In this document: in pieces, positions 10,681 to 22,100 of the stretch
How the letters are laid out: every line of letters starts with the position of its first letter
How positions within the stretch are numbered: position 1 is the first letter of the stretch
Assembly: GCA_030141605.1 (NCBI GenBank)
Contig: JAQGDQ010000097.1
Location: 434,001 to 498,000, forward strand
DNA from: Tubiluchus corallicola
Lineage: Eukaryota > Animalia > Priapulida
Direction: 5' to 3'
DNA: 64,000 nt
Program-made: the position numbers and the translations under genes
Notes under the pieces: model-generated
Told to the model about the DNA's origin: nothing
What the model saw: the letters and a program-made list of their open reading frames with translations, nothing else
The model's database searches: none

Positions 10681-12762
10681 ATGGAAGAGAAGCTTCTACA
10701 GTATGTACCATTTTCGTCAGCCCTTGATGGTGGGTTTTGGCACAAACTTACGCAGAACAAGCTCGAGGAGTACCATTTGGATGAATCAGCTAAAGAAGTA
10801 TATGCTTTTTATTCCAATGGTAATGCTGCTGGCATACCTAGTACCTTAAATTTAGAGTTTGGTTCATTTAGCAAAGATGCATTTTGTCCACCACGATGTT
10901 TTCCAGGATATGGTCATCTGCATTTATTTAACACTCTCGATGCATTTAAACAGTGTGACAAAAAACAGCTTTTACAAGAAGAAGGCCAGCAGTTGTGGAT
11001 TGCCATAACATCTGGTGCTGCTTTGAGAAATCCTGCACTACTGTCTCGTTTTCTACTACTCGTGTTTGCAGATTTAAAGAAGTACCACTACTACTACTGG
11101 TTTGCTTTCCCGGCATTCTCTTACCCTGAAAGAGTTATTGTAGACAGTGTTGCTTCGCTAAGCGTACGTTGTTCTTCAGAACAGATAAGCACTCTGCAAG
11201 AAGCATATGATAGTTTTACACAGAGCGGTAACTGTGCTAGCTTTTTTGTAGTTGCTGAACGACAGGGTTCTGTTACGCTACATTTACTCGAAGAGTTTGA
11301 AACGTTAAAAGCTGGTTATGACTCTGTGATGCTAGCTTTTTCTGATCCATCAACTTTAGACAGTTTTCCAGGATGGCCACTAAGAAATCTTTTGACATTG
11401 GTGGCTGTGCATTGGCATAATCTTCATATGCAAAAATTTGAGGTTCTGTGCTATCGGGAAAGGATTAAAGATGGAAAAAGAGATAGTAGCCACAGCATTG
11501 TTATTCAATTGGCAATACCCAAAATGCCCGAAGTAAAGGACTGCCCAAAAGTCATTGGCTGGGAAAAGAATGAAAGACAAAAGCTTGGGCCAAGAATGGT
11601 TAACCTAAGTTTATCTATGGATCCTGCAAAATTGGCAGAATCTGCAGTAGATCTAAATCTTAAATTAATGCGATGGCGTTTAGTTCCGTCCCTTGATTTA
11701 GACAAGATTTCCAAAACTCGGTGTTTGTTGCTAGGTGCTGGGACACTTGGCTGTAATGTAGCTCGTTGTCTTTTAGCATGGGGAGTGAGAACTATTACTC
11801 TGGTGGACAATAGCAAAATTTCTTATTCTAACCCAGTTCGCCAGTCGTTGTTCCGCTTTGAAGATTGTTTACGCGGAGGCAAGCCTAAAGCAGCAGCAGC
11901 TGCTGAATCCCTAAAAACCATCTTCCCTGGAGTAAATGCTCGGGGTTTGTCGATAACCATTCCAATGCCAGGGCATGTAATATCAGAATCAGCAGCAGAG
12001 TCAGTTAAACAGGATGTATATCAACTGGAAGAGCTTATTGAGTCACATGATGTTGTCTTCCTGCTGTTAGATACCAGAGAAGGCCGGTGGCTGCCGACAC
12101 TGATTGCTGCTTGCAAGCAAAAATTGGTAATTAATGCTGCCTTGGGTTTTGACACATACATGATTGTCAGACATGGACTGAAGTGTGAAACTGTAGACAT
12201 TGCTGCTATTGCCCCAGAAGCGTCTGGTGATTCGTCACAACAAGCGCTCAGCAAGCCCATCCATGGCAGCCAACTAGGATGTTACTTCTGTAATGATGTG
12301 GTGGCACCAGGAGATTCTACCAGAGATAGAACACTAGATCAGCAGTGTACTGTATCCAGACCCGGTATGTCCATGGTTGTAGGAGCTGTTTCTGTTGAAT
12401 TGCTTGTCACACTATTACAGCATCCTGAGGGTGGGTTTGCACCAGCAGACACTAGTGTTAAAGACGATCATTTCACAGTGGAATCAGCATCGCCGCTGGG
12501 TTTAGTGCCTCACCAGATCAGAGGTTTCTTGTCTCGTTATCATACTATTCTACCAGCTAGCCAGGCTTTTGATAAATGCACTGCCTGTTCCAAAGTGGTC
12601 CTGAACCATTACAAGGAACATGGATTTGCATTTCTTTTAAAAGTCTTTAACGAACCAAACAATTTCCTGGAAGACATCACAGGATTGACACAGTTGCACC
12701 AGCAGACACACGATATGGAGGTTTGGGAAATGAGTGACGATGATGAATTCTGTGATAGCTGA
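10681..12762 (+). CDS. ATG7: Ubiquitin-like modifier-activating (E1-like) enzyme ATG7, single coding exon, 693 aa
   Basis: The ORF is uninterrupted. It has the ATG7 N-terminal domain motifs (FADLKKYHYYYWFAFPA, PGWPLRNLL, AVDLNLKLMRWRL), the ThiF-type GAGTLG, YSNPVRQSL, Zn-binding CYFC and CTAC, catalytic LDQQCTVSRPG, and an acidic C-terminal tail. The first in-frame ATG is at 10681 (the track start at 10669 is TTG). Confidence 0.98.
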   Translation: MEEKLLQYVPFSSALDGGFWHKLTQNKLEEYHLDESAKEVYAFYSNGNAAGIPSTLNLEFGSFSKDAFCPPRCFPGYGHLHLFNTLDAFKQCDKKQLLQEEGQQLWIAITSGAALRNPALLSRFLLLVFADLKKYHYYYWFAFPAFSYPERVIVDSVASLSVRCSSEQISTLQEAYDSFTQSGNCASFFVVAERQGSVTLHLLEEFETLKAGYDSVMLAFSDPSTLDSFPGWPLRNLLTLVAVHWHNLHMQKFEVLCYRERIKDGKRDSSHSIVIQLAIPKMPEVKDCPKVIGWEKNERQKLGPRMVNLSLSMDPAKLAESAVDLNLKLMRWRLVPSLDLDKISKTRCLLLGAGTLGCNVARCLLAWGVRTITLVDNSKISYSNPVRQSLFRFEDCLRGGKPKAAAAAESLKTIFPGVNARGLSITIPMPGHVISESAAESVKQDVYQLEELIESHDVVFLLLDTREGRWLPTLIAACKQKLVINAALGFDTYMIVRHGLKCETVDIAAIAPEASGDSSQQALSKPIHGSQLGCYFCNDVVAPGDSTRDRTLDQQCTVSRPGMSMVVGAVSVELLVTLLQHPEGGFAPADTSVKDDHFTVESASPLGLVPHQIRGFLSRYHTILPASQAFDKCTACSKVVLNHYKEHGFAFLLKVFNEPNNFLEDITGLTQLHQQTHDMEVWEMSDDDEFCDS

Positions 12763-13780
12763 GCCAATTTATGCACAATAAGTTTCTCCTAATGTAGTTC
12801 AATGTATAACATTTTTATTCACCACATACTTTTTAATGTATCGGGTAGCTCGAGTCCTGTACGAAGTGGAAAGTTGTTGTACTGAAGTGATATTCCTAGA
12901 ATTTTTTAAAGCAATACTATGTTCCTGTTCTGCTCAACAGCAGATGTACTTGAACAAGATGTACACTACACTTTACGCATCAGTGCTTACGTATAGAATA
13001 GTTTATTTGTTGTTGTTGTTTTTTGAAACATGAAGGCTGCACTGCTTGTTAGAATAGGTGTTTGTTAAGTAAAAGGGTCTGATTGTCAACAAAGTGCTAT
13101 AATCACATTTGGTTTTGTTTTGGGGCTAATTTGTCACCTCTAATTGTAACTTGGCTGATTGTAACAAGCTTGCCTTTTTATAGTGTAAAAATCCAGTCAA
13201 ATACAGATCGTATAATAATCTGAATATACACAGTTAAAACCCATCAAATGAGACTTCAACATATTCCAGTTTCTACCTTACTGTTTTTTTCTGTCAAGCT
13301 CATGTTCCAGTGCACTAAAATAGTGCATATTTGTGAGTCACGTTATTTCTAAGTACATCTCTTGAATGTAAAAAGAACGGTAATGTATGGAATAATAATA
13401 ATCTTCAACATCTACACTTAACATAGTATCTTTCATTGTGCTTTGGCACCTTTGTAAACAATAGTTATTAATGATTATGGTTTAGTATAGATGTACCATA
13501 GACACATTGATAACATGTGTTTCACATAATTGTGCTTCTAGAGCATAAAATATTATATATTTTTTTTAATTGGCTTAGTTTTGTGATGTCTGGATTAATA
13601 ATAATAATAGTATTAATACTATGGAGTTCTATATGTTATCATGTGCAACTTGCAAAATATTATTGCGCATGCTCTAAAAGACAACTTTTTGTCTAACTGC
13701 TGTAGCGTTTATAGTTCTTTGTATTCTGTGTATCTGTTTGATTGTTTCTTTATAAGATTATAATTTTCATGCAAGAAGAA

Positions 13781-13786
13781 AATAAA
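13781..13786 (+). terminator. Candidate ATG7 polyadenylation signal
   Basis: AATAAA about 1 kb after the stop codon, followed by T-rich sequence. Confidence 0.4.
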
Positions 13787-15234
13787 ATGATTAAGTTTTT
13801 ACGAAAATTTTTGCAGCAGTACTTATTACGTTACTAATTCTAATTGCTTGAATGCTAATGTAATGCTATACTATAATACCTTTTAAAGTAATAATATAAA
13901 TGTGAGTGCTCTCTGTTATTATGTCTATTACTTGTTGATCTGTGGCATCATAAATTTGAAATATTTCTTATAGCACAAAAATCTAATTTTTGTTTTCTAG
14001 AAAAATAGCATGATGAAAAATTTTGACAAACTCACTGTTGGAGATGCTTAATTTTATTAAGGTGAATGAATGTTTTTAACTCTATAAAAATTTGAATTTC
14101 TGTAAAAATAGGCGGGAGAGGAAAACTTGGGTGACTGAATTCAATTACTTTCGCATTTTTGATTGCAAACAAATACTGAATTGAGTTTAAATTGTAGCAG
14201 CTTTCTAAATGTATGTACTTTTACTTTTACATCGAAAACAAGAATAAGTAATTAAAATATGTGCATAATTATTGATGAATATTACATTTTGACAATGATG
14301 ATATTTACAATGACAGTGAAAGAAGAGTAATCAGTTTGTGTTTAGTAATAAAGGTTTACTGGTCTGTTATAATACAGAGACCTACGTTTTAGTAAAGAAA
14401 AATAAATTACACTATTACGTCTTGACATATGGTAAGTCTAATACAAAAAGATTTGGACATACCTATTATACTGTGCCCAAGGTTATCCTCGGTAATGAGC
14501 AAAGAAGCAACACGGCGATTGTCTGCACTATGTGACTCCTGGCTAGATAGGTCTTTGGCACAGAAAAATTACTATTATAGATCTATGAAGGAAGCCTAAT
14601 TCAGCTAATTACATGGCCAGTTGGGCACGATGCCAGGTGTACTATAGGCTTGAATGACAAAAACGTGGGCAATTGAACACTATGTTTACATTCAGGACGC
14701 AGTTTACAAGGACAGATCCGAGCGAACGGAGTAAAAAAACACTTAACTCGAACTATGCCATACTGGCGAACTTACCGACACCCACAGTCTCTAACAATAA
14801 TAAGCAAAGACTTTCACTAAAATAATCTGTGATTTGCTAACCACAGTAAAAATCGTTAAATGCTTTTATTATTTCAATCGTTTAAATTTTTTTATTTTTT
14901 TTTAAATACTAACAAAAATTATAATTGTTTGTGGCATTAATTATTAATAGTAAAACAAATTCAGTAGATTTATCCCCCAGTGACAAAAATTGGCGGTAGG
15001 TGGTACAACATGACATGATTCCTCTTAGAATTTTCCGATCAACAGGAAGCGCCACTGCTGCCTGCCCGCCTGCACTGTGAAAAAATAAATATGTGATGGG
15101 TGTTCGTTGAAAATGTGTGATTTTATGAGTTTATCGTCTTGTAAAGATTTTAAGATTTTCGTGACATATAAAACGCGCGAATTTTGCAGCCTGCTGTTAA
15201 AGTAATGCTGTAAAATATCTTTCTTCGGGGTAGA

Positions 15235-18200
15235 ATGAGGGTGTGCTTTCCCAGGAAACATGGAAACACTTGTCTCGTCCTCGGCTCGCTACTGGCTGTG
15301 GTTTGCACATGGTTTGTGCTCTTCTCCTTGTCTGGTTCTGGTGAGTTTATCTGTCGCTATTTATTCACGAACTGACAATTTATTCACGAACTGACAATTA
15401 CGTGGGTAATTGATTAGATGCATATTCACGGACATGCACGAAGAAATTGCAACAATTTTCACTTATGAAACTAAACTAAAAAATGTGTAACTACAAATTG
15501 CATGTTTGCGCGGAGCTCCTCTTTAGCGAACACTAAGTGGGAAGGCACACTGCTTCAATAAAAACTTATGATCCCAAATTGGATTGATGCTAGCTAGTGG
15601 TTTAGACACTGGCACTTTTTATTTAAAGTTAAGGAAATGTCTAGATGTGTGTGACACATGACTTTAACCTCCATAATTTTTATATTTGGCCTCTGTTCAA
15701 TGCTTAACCGTGCACACTTTTTATAGGTTGGCGTCGATGTATGGTTTTGCCATGCACGCTTTTTATATTTTGCTTCTGTTACAAAACTTACTCATGTTCA
15801 GGGTTGTTACCAAAACTGAATTTACAAACCGAAACTGAAATTTATCAAACATAAGAAACCGATGCCGAAATGAAAACAAACCGAAACATTTTTGCAAAAC
15901 CAACTATTATTAAAACCCGAAAAAAGAAAATTCTAAAATAAGTACAATATTTTGTGTTTGTTTCTGCTTTTATTTGCTGTGATGCAAAATTACTGATAAA
16001 AAAACACAAGGCTGTTTTATAGTGTAGAACCTCAAGTTTGAGAAAGCCATTAGAAAAATTAATGTGTTATAATATTTTTCAATTTAAGTATCCTCAATGA
16101 TTAACGTTTAAGGATCATAATGCTCCATTAAAAATAAACAAATTTATTTTGTTTCCCATATTTCAAAAATTAAATGCGATTTTGCTCAAATAAATTCAAA
16201 CGTGGTTTGATATTTTGGTTGATTGGGCCTGGAGACCCTAAAACTTCACAGTGGTCGGCACTGAAGATATGCCACATTTCTGTGAAAAGCACATGACAAA
16301 CTGTTACGTAAACGAAATTTTCGCTTTGTTTGCAACAAGATTTTACAGCAGTGTTTAACGTCTAGGAGAAAAGAAAAGGTAAATTGGATAAATAACCTCT
16401 TAAAAATGCTGCTAAAATTATCCGAGGTTTCAGCTACGAAACTTAATAAATTTCATCAAAACCGAAACTTAATCGATAGTGCAATTATCGACAGACCGAC
16501 CCACCGAACCAAAAATTTTGTTTCGGTAATATCCCTGCTCATATGTACTTTTTAGAAATGATCAGTGTCAGTTGGAGGTTGCATATTGTATTTCAGTATA
16601 TTTCCAGTTCCAGTGTAAAGGCTGGGTCAATGTTAGTGTCAACCCTGGCTCAACCATTTGCCGATATCTGATATAGGGTCAATGTTGCATCTATGAGCAG
16701 AATGATGCTGCACCAATGTTAAAACTAGTGAGATGCAACGTCAGGTTGTGCTGAGCCAATATTTGTCATGACTATAGCCCTGTGCTGTTTTCATTCAAAC
16801 ACATTGGTCCAATGGTAACATGTCTTTAGCTCACAAGAGGCTATATGAATTTCAAAGAATAACGGGCCTGATATTGGAGCCAATGTGGGGCCAACCATAT
16901 GCCGATGTCTGACATTGGGCTCATGTTGCACATGAACAGAATAACATTGGACCAACATTGGCTGCTGTCAGTAGGCTGATAGCAGGTTGCTTACAGGACT
17001 AATGCTGGGCCTACAAGTGAATGCCCTCATAAGTGATATAACCAACATAATTCAACTAGTGCAGTACAGTTTAATACTGATGGGGTCCTACAGTGTTAAT
17101 AACTATTTGCAAACCAAGTGCTGTAATTAGTAATTTATAAGCTTTACAAAAACGAATTTCAACATTGAAATCAGTATTATGAAGTGGACTGACTTTGGAT
17201 AATAAGAACTGCTTTTATATGAAATGGGTGTATTTGTTGTTGGCTTGTACAAGATAATAATGCTGTGTTCTATAATAGTTAAAGAGCTAGTGGATATATA
17301 TATATATATATATAGCGGAAAAGGTGTGCTGATTATTTTTCTTCTTAAAACAATACTCTGTACACCTTGGTGGTTATTTTGCTTTTCTTTAAACATTTTG
17401 CGATTAAAATCTGTTTACCAGCATACAGATGAAATCAGATATTGAATTTTTTTTGGTTATGATGATACAAATATGCTCATTACATTCAAATTACCTTAAA
17501 AACATGAGTATGGATACAATCTAAGCCACATTTCAGCACTTTATTGTTAGTTACGGCACAAAAACCATTTTTTGGTAATGGCAGATGTACTTTTACATTT
17601 TTAGTGTTCGGAGATGTTATAAAAATATCACCATTTTTTCTCACACCTTCACAATACTTGTGTACTTACTTTTCTTTAGACATGGCTTCTTTAGATATGT
17701 TTATTAACTTGCTGGATTTTAGTAAATTTTTTGGTAATGACAGACAGTTTTTTGGAGTTTTAAGAGTTTTTCACCAACCTATGCATGGTAGGGTTTTAGT
17801 ATGTTATTTGGCATGTTTTTCTGTGCTAGGTTTAAGTAAAAACAATTTTGTTGCAATTTGTTCTTGTGGTGACCTAAAATAGATATTTTTGACTGGACTA
17901 TTGTGTGACTTCAGCACTTTTCCAGTTAGTCACGTCCATTTTTCCACACATTTGCACTAAAAGCACATTAAAAACATGTTTGAACCTATTGCAAACTTAT
18001 GTTTAGAAGAAGAAATTTGTGTAGTTAACAGGAAATGGTTTTTTCAGAATTGTAGAGGAGAATTAAAAAATAGGTGGAGATTCTGCAAGTCATTGATTAG
18101 TGATTTTGAATTTAGTAAAGTTGGTGCTGCTGCCAAGGTCAGTTACTGTGGCATGTAGATTACTGCCAATTTAGTGCTGGCAGGCAACTTCGGGGGAGCA

Positions 18201-19146
18201 AATTTACTGTACATATATCAAAAAAAGATTTTTCCTTATTAACGTTTAATATGTGTCTCTAATCTGTGAATCAACTGCCTAAAATTAAGATCTCCTGTAA
18301 GCCTTTTAATTTAAAGGAAAATCAGTTCCTATCTTAAACTGTAGGTCAGAACAGTGTACTCTTTAAATACGTCAAACAATTAGTACCTCACAAATGCAGT
18401 TTCCCATCCGTGTGGCTAATTCTTCACTGTTACGTGTATTTCACCATTCGCTAGTTAGATGTGCACTATTGCCTGCATTTCAGAAACGTGTTACATAAAA
18501 AAGGCACTATGCCTCTTAAGTTTAGAGGTGTTCGTTTGTAATGTAGCATACGTTTGACAGCTCTTGCCTGAGCACAGCAGTAAATTTGAAATTTGAATTT
18601 TTATCTTAAAACTTGTCGAGTTTTAGTACAACAGTAGTACTGCACTTCGATTTCTGCTTTCGGAAAATTGCACAACATGCCCGTGGAATGTTTGTGCTGT
18701 TGAAAATTATGTTCATTTGAGATGTGATCATTAGCTGGACTCGCACGCCATTAATTTAGTTTTTAAGGTAACCATCAAAAACCTTTCTGTATTATTGAGT
18801 GTATTAAAATGTATACTTTTTACCATTCTTCAAAATGGGATAAGCTGTGAAAAATAATCTTGTTTTCTTTTAAGAGTTGTTAGTTTGAAATGCAGTACTT
18901 AACATTTCTTTGTAGCCTTAAATCATATTTCAGAAGTGTCGGAGAAACAAATTCTGGAACACAAAGTCGTAGAACTTCGGGAACGGCTGGAATACTCCGA
19001 GATGCTCCATCAGCAGAGGCAAAAAGAGATACTCAGACTGCAGAGAGAATTGAGTGTTGTCATTGACGGTGGGAATTACAGTTTCTTTGGAACCAACATT
19101 TCTCTACCAAAGTTACACATCTCACATGAAGGTATAGTGGATTCAG

Positions 19147-19177
<31 letters not shown>

Positions 19178-22100
19178 GCCTGTTGATACTACTGTACTAG
19201 AAAAACGTCTTGTTAGTATCGTTTATAGTTGTTGTCTTGTCACCCATGCACAACTTCTAACACATTTGTCATTTTTGTATCATTTTTCATTGACATAAAT
19301 TAAGAATATGATGCACGGAGAAATGGACGTTGTGTACAATTGCTTGATAAACAAATATTAAACGTTATCGCTTAGCGTGGGTGACTCTTAACATTAACGG
19401 CCACAAACAGTACCACAACAAATTTTCGACACACTACGAAAGCTTGTAGTATTCATAAAAATGCTATAGAATAATGTTTCCTTAATCTAAATTCCACAGA
19501 AAGACCTTTTATTAACACTCTGAAGTACTTTGCACCATTAACTGTACGCCTAATCTAAAGCATTAATTTAATTTTTTAGTTCGAGATACATAATTTTTGT
19601 GCACGTCAACGCAATTATTGGGAATAATTTCTTTCTTGGCTGTAGTTACTGTGCAAACTAACGTCTTAAATCGTTTGCTGGCAAGGAGAAAGGAGGTGTT
19701 ATATTTTATTGTTTCTAATGTTTTTTAATGTTTAGGCTCCGCAGACCTCATGTTGCCCAGTATCTACAATCATCTGCCGCATTTACTCAAGCATCCGACC
19801 AGTTTACAGCCCGCCTACAGAACATCGCGTGGACGAATGGGAGGTAAGCATTCAGTTCCCCTTTTATGCTCTGTTCATTCTTTGACTCACTGACGTGTGT
19901 TACTATCATGTAGTACTACAGTTTCTTATGCTTAGAGGTTAGCTTTGAATTTACTTTACAGTTTCTTTGCTTATCAGAATCGGCAAAAACACCATTTTTA
20001 AAAAACAACAAGAGTAAAGAATGAAAAAACAAACATTTCTGTGGCAACTGTTTACTCGTAGAAATGACTGGTATATTTTTAACACTTTAACCCCCAAGAC
20101 AGTGCATTGAATCACGGTGGCTTTTCAGTAACAGTTCTTTCATTTGTTGAACATTGAACAGCTTATTTCATCATTATTTAAGACAGCGCATTGAATCATG
20201 GTGTCTTTTCAGTAACAGTTCTTTCATTTGTTGAACAGTGAACAGCTTATTTCATCATTATTTAAGACAGTGCATTGAATCATGGTGTCTTTCCAGTAAC
20301 AGTTCTTTCATTCGTTGAACATTGAACAGCTTATTTCATCATTATTTAATTATGCACCTCATCTTCTTAATACACAGTCAGCATTAGTTCTCTGACAAGG
20401 AGGCAGGAGCTACGCAAGTCCTGTACTTTCTTATTGATAACTCCTATAAGCTTTATGCACCACTTCCTGAGTAGCCCATTGATGCGGATGGCGCTCAGCG
20501 GGGAATTAAATGGTAGATCAATCATTGGATCTCCATTAAATGAAATTAGCTGCACAGAAGCTTGCTTGCACAATGCATGGGTTTGCAAGCCACAGATCTT
20601 TTTGATTGCATTTTAAAAGCAAATTTACGACATTTTCACATGTGAAATTATATTAAATGATTCTTTGTCTGTTTATCTTTCACGTTAACAAAGTATGGCT
20701 CCCTTGGGTAAAAAGAGATACAGTTTCATTTACGTTGTTAATATTGCTTGGTAGGATTTTTCAAAAATTGTGTGATGACTTCTTTTTAGATATAAACTCC
20801 TCCTTTACAGTTTGGCGAGTGACACTCGTTATCATTTCTTTACGACCTGGAGTAAGATTTGAGCAGAAATCAATAAAACTTGGCAGTCCGTGAAAAAAAT
20901 CATTCCTTTCGCCGCTAAGCTTTCGCTGACTGTACATTGGAAATTCTATATTATGATGATGAAAAACTAGCTATAGTACTGAGTAAAAAATGTTTGATAA
21001 AAGTCGTGTATTGGTCTAGAATTCAGCAGTTCGAAATTAGTAGTAGGTCACACCCTTAAGTGCTGGATTCCGGCGTGCAGTGTGCCACACTCTATAAAAA
21101 AAAACAGAATGTCCAAAGCTTACTTTCACACAGTGCTATGACAGGAAATTATTATTTTTTATTTTCAGTTCAACTTGTGATAGGCATTCCAACCATAGCT
21201 AGAACAGTAAAGAGTTATTTAATGGATACGCTGCAGTCCGTTTTAGACTCCATGTCTGCAGAAGAAAAGAAGATCACTCTAGTTGTTGTATTCATTGCCG
21301 AGGTACGTTCTCTTCTGTTGCCATTTTTATTCATTATGCGTTATTGTTCAGCAGTAATGGTCACGTCAATATTAAAAGAAAAATGAATCTTTCCACAATT
21401 ACTTGTGCAGTTGGACTGAATACTAATAGGAGCACTGCTTATGTTGATTTTTTTCTCCTATTATGTCAGGTAATCAGGCTGTGTACCACATATTTGAGAG
21501 TCATCATCTGGCATGTTTTTCTCCTTCATTTAAGAGAGGCCATGAAATTGGGGAGCTCACAATGGCTATGTTATATTTAAGTAACTGTAAATGGAACAGA
21601 AACCTGAGGCGGTCTGCCTTAGCTTTGAGCAGGTTAACCTCATTTCTTTGCATTTAGAAATTCACCTTCCCTTTGAAGAAGTTACAAAATCTTGCAAGTT
21701 TTTATGTAGAAGACATAATTGCTTACACAGACTTAAACTGAAATCATCTGAGGACATTGTGTGGAGCACCACACTATATTTTTAGAGCTGAAATTCACTA
21801 ATGTATTTATCAGTAAGACATAACATATGGTTTGTACTATAAATGTTCATGATCCCCAGTTACTAGGAAAAATCCCAAGAGTGTTGACATACTGTACAAA
21901 CGAGCTTTTTGTTTCTACTGTTTCCTTCATGTTTCTTTGTATGCATAAGTCTTCCTATGCAAACAAACCGTGGCTTAATTAGATCTTTCTGGGTTATGCA
22001 CCCAGCCAATATCGGAATGCAATGATTCACAGCCTTACCGTTTGGGGCAGCTGTAAAGATTTAGTGACAACCTGAATCAAGTTATATATTTGGAATTTTT

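Noticed and set aside
11380-12260. Minus-strand ORFs overlapping ATG7
   Set aside because: These are antisense shadows of the real coding frame.
20096-20347. Regularly spaced repeats as a possible CRISPR array
   Set aside because: The units are contiguous 84-bp copies without unique spacers, there are no cas genes, and the site is a eukaryotic intron.
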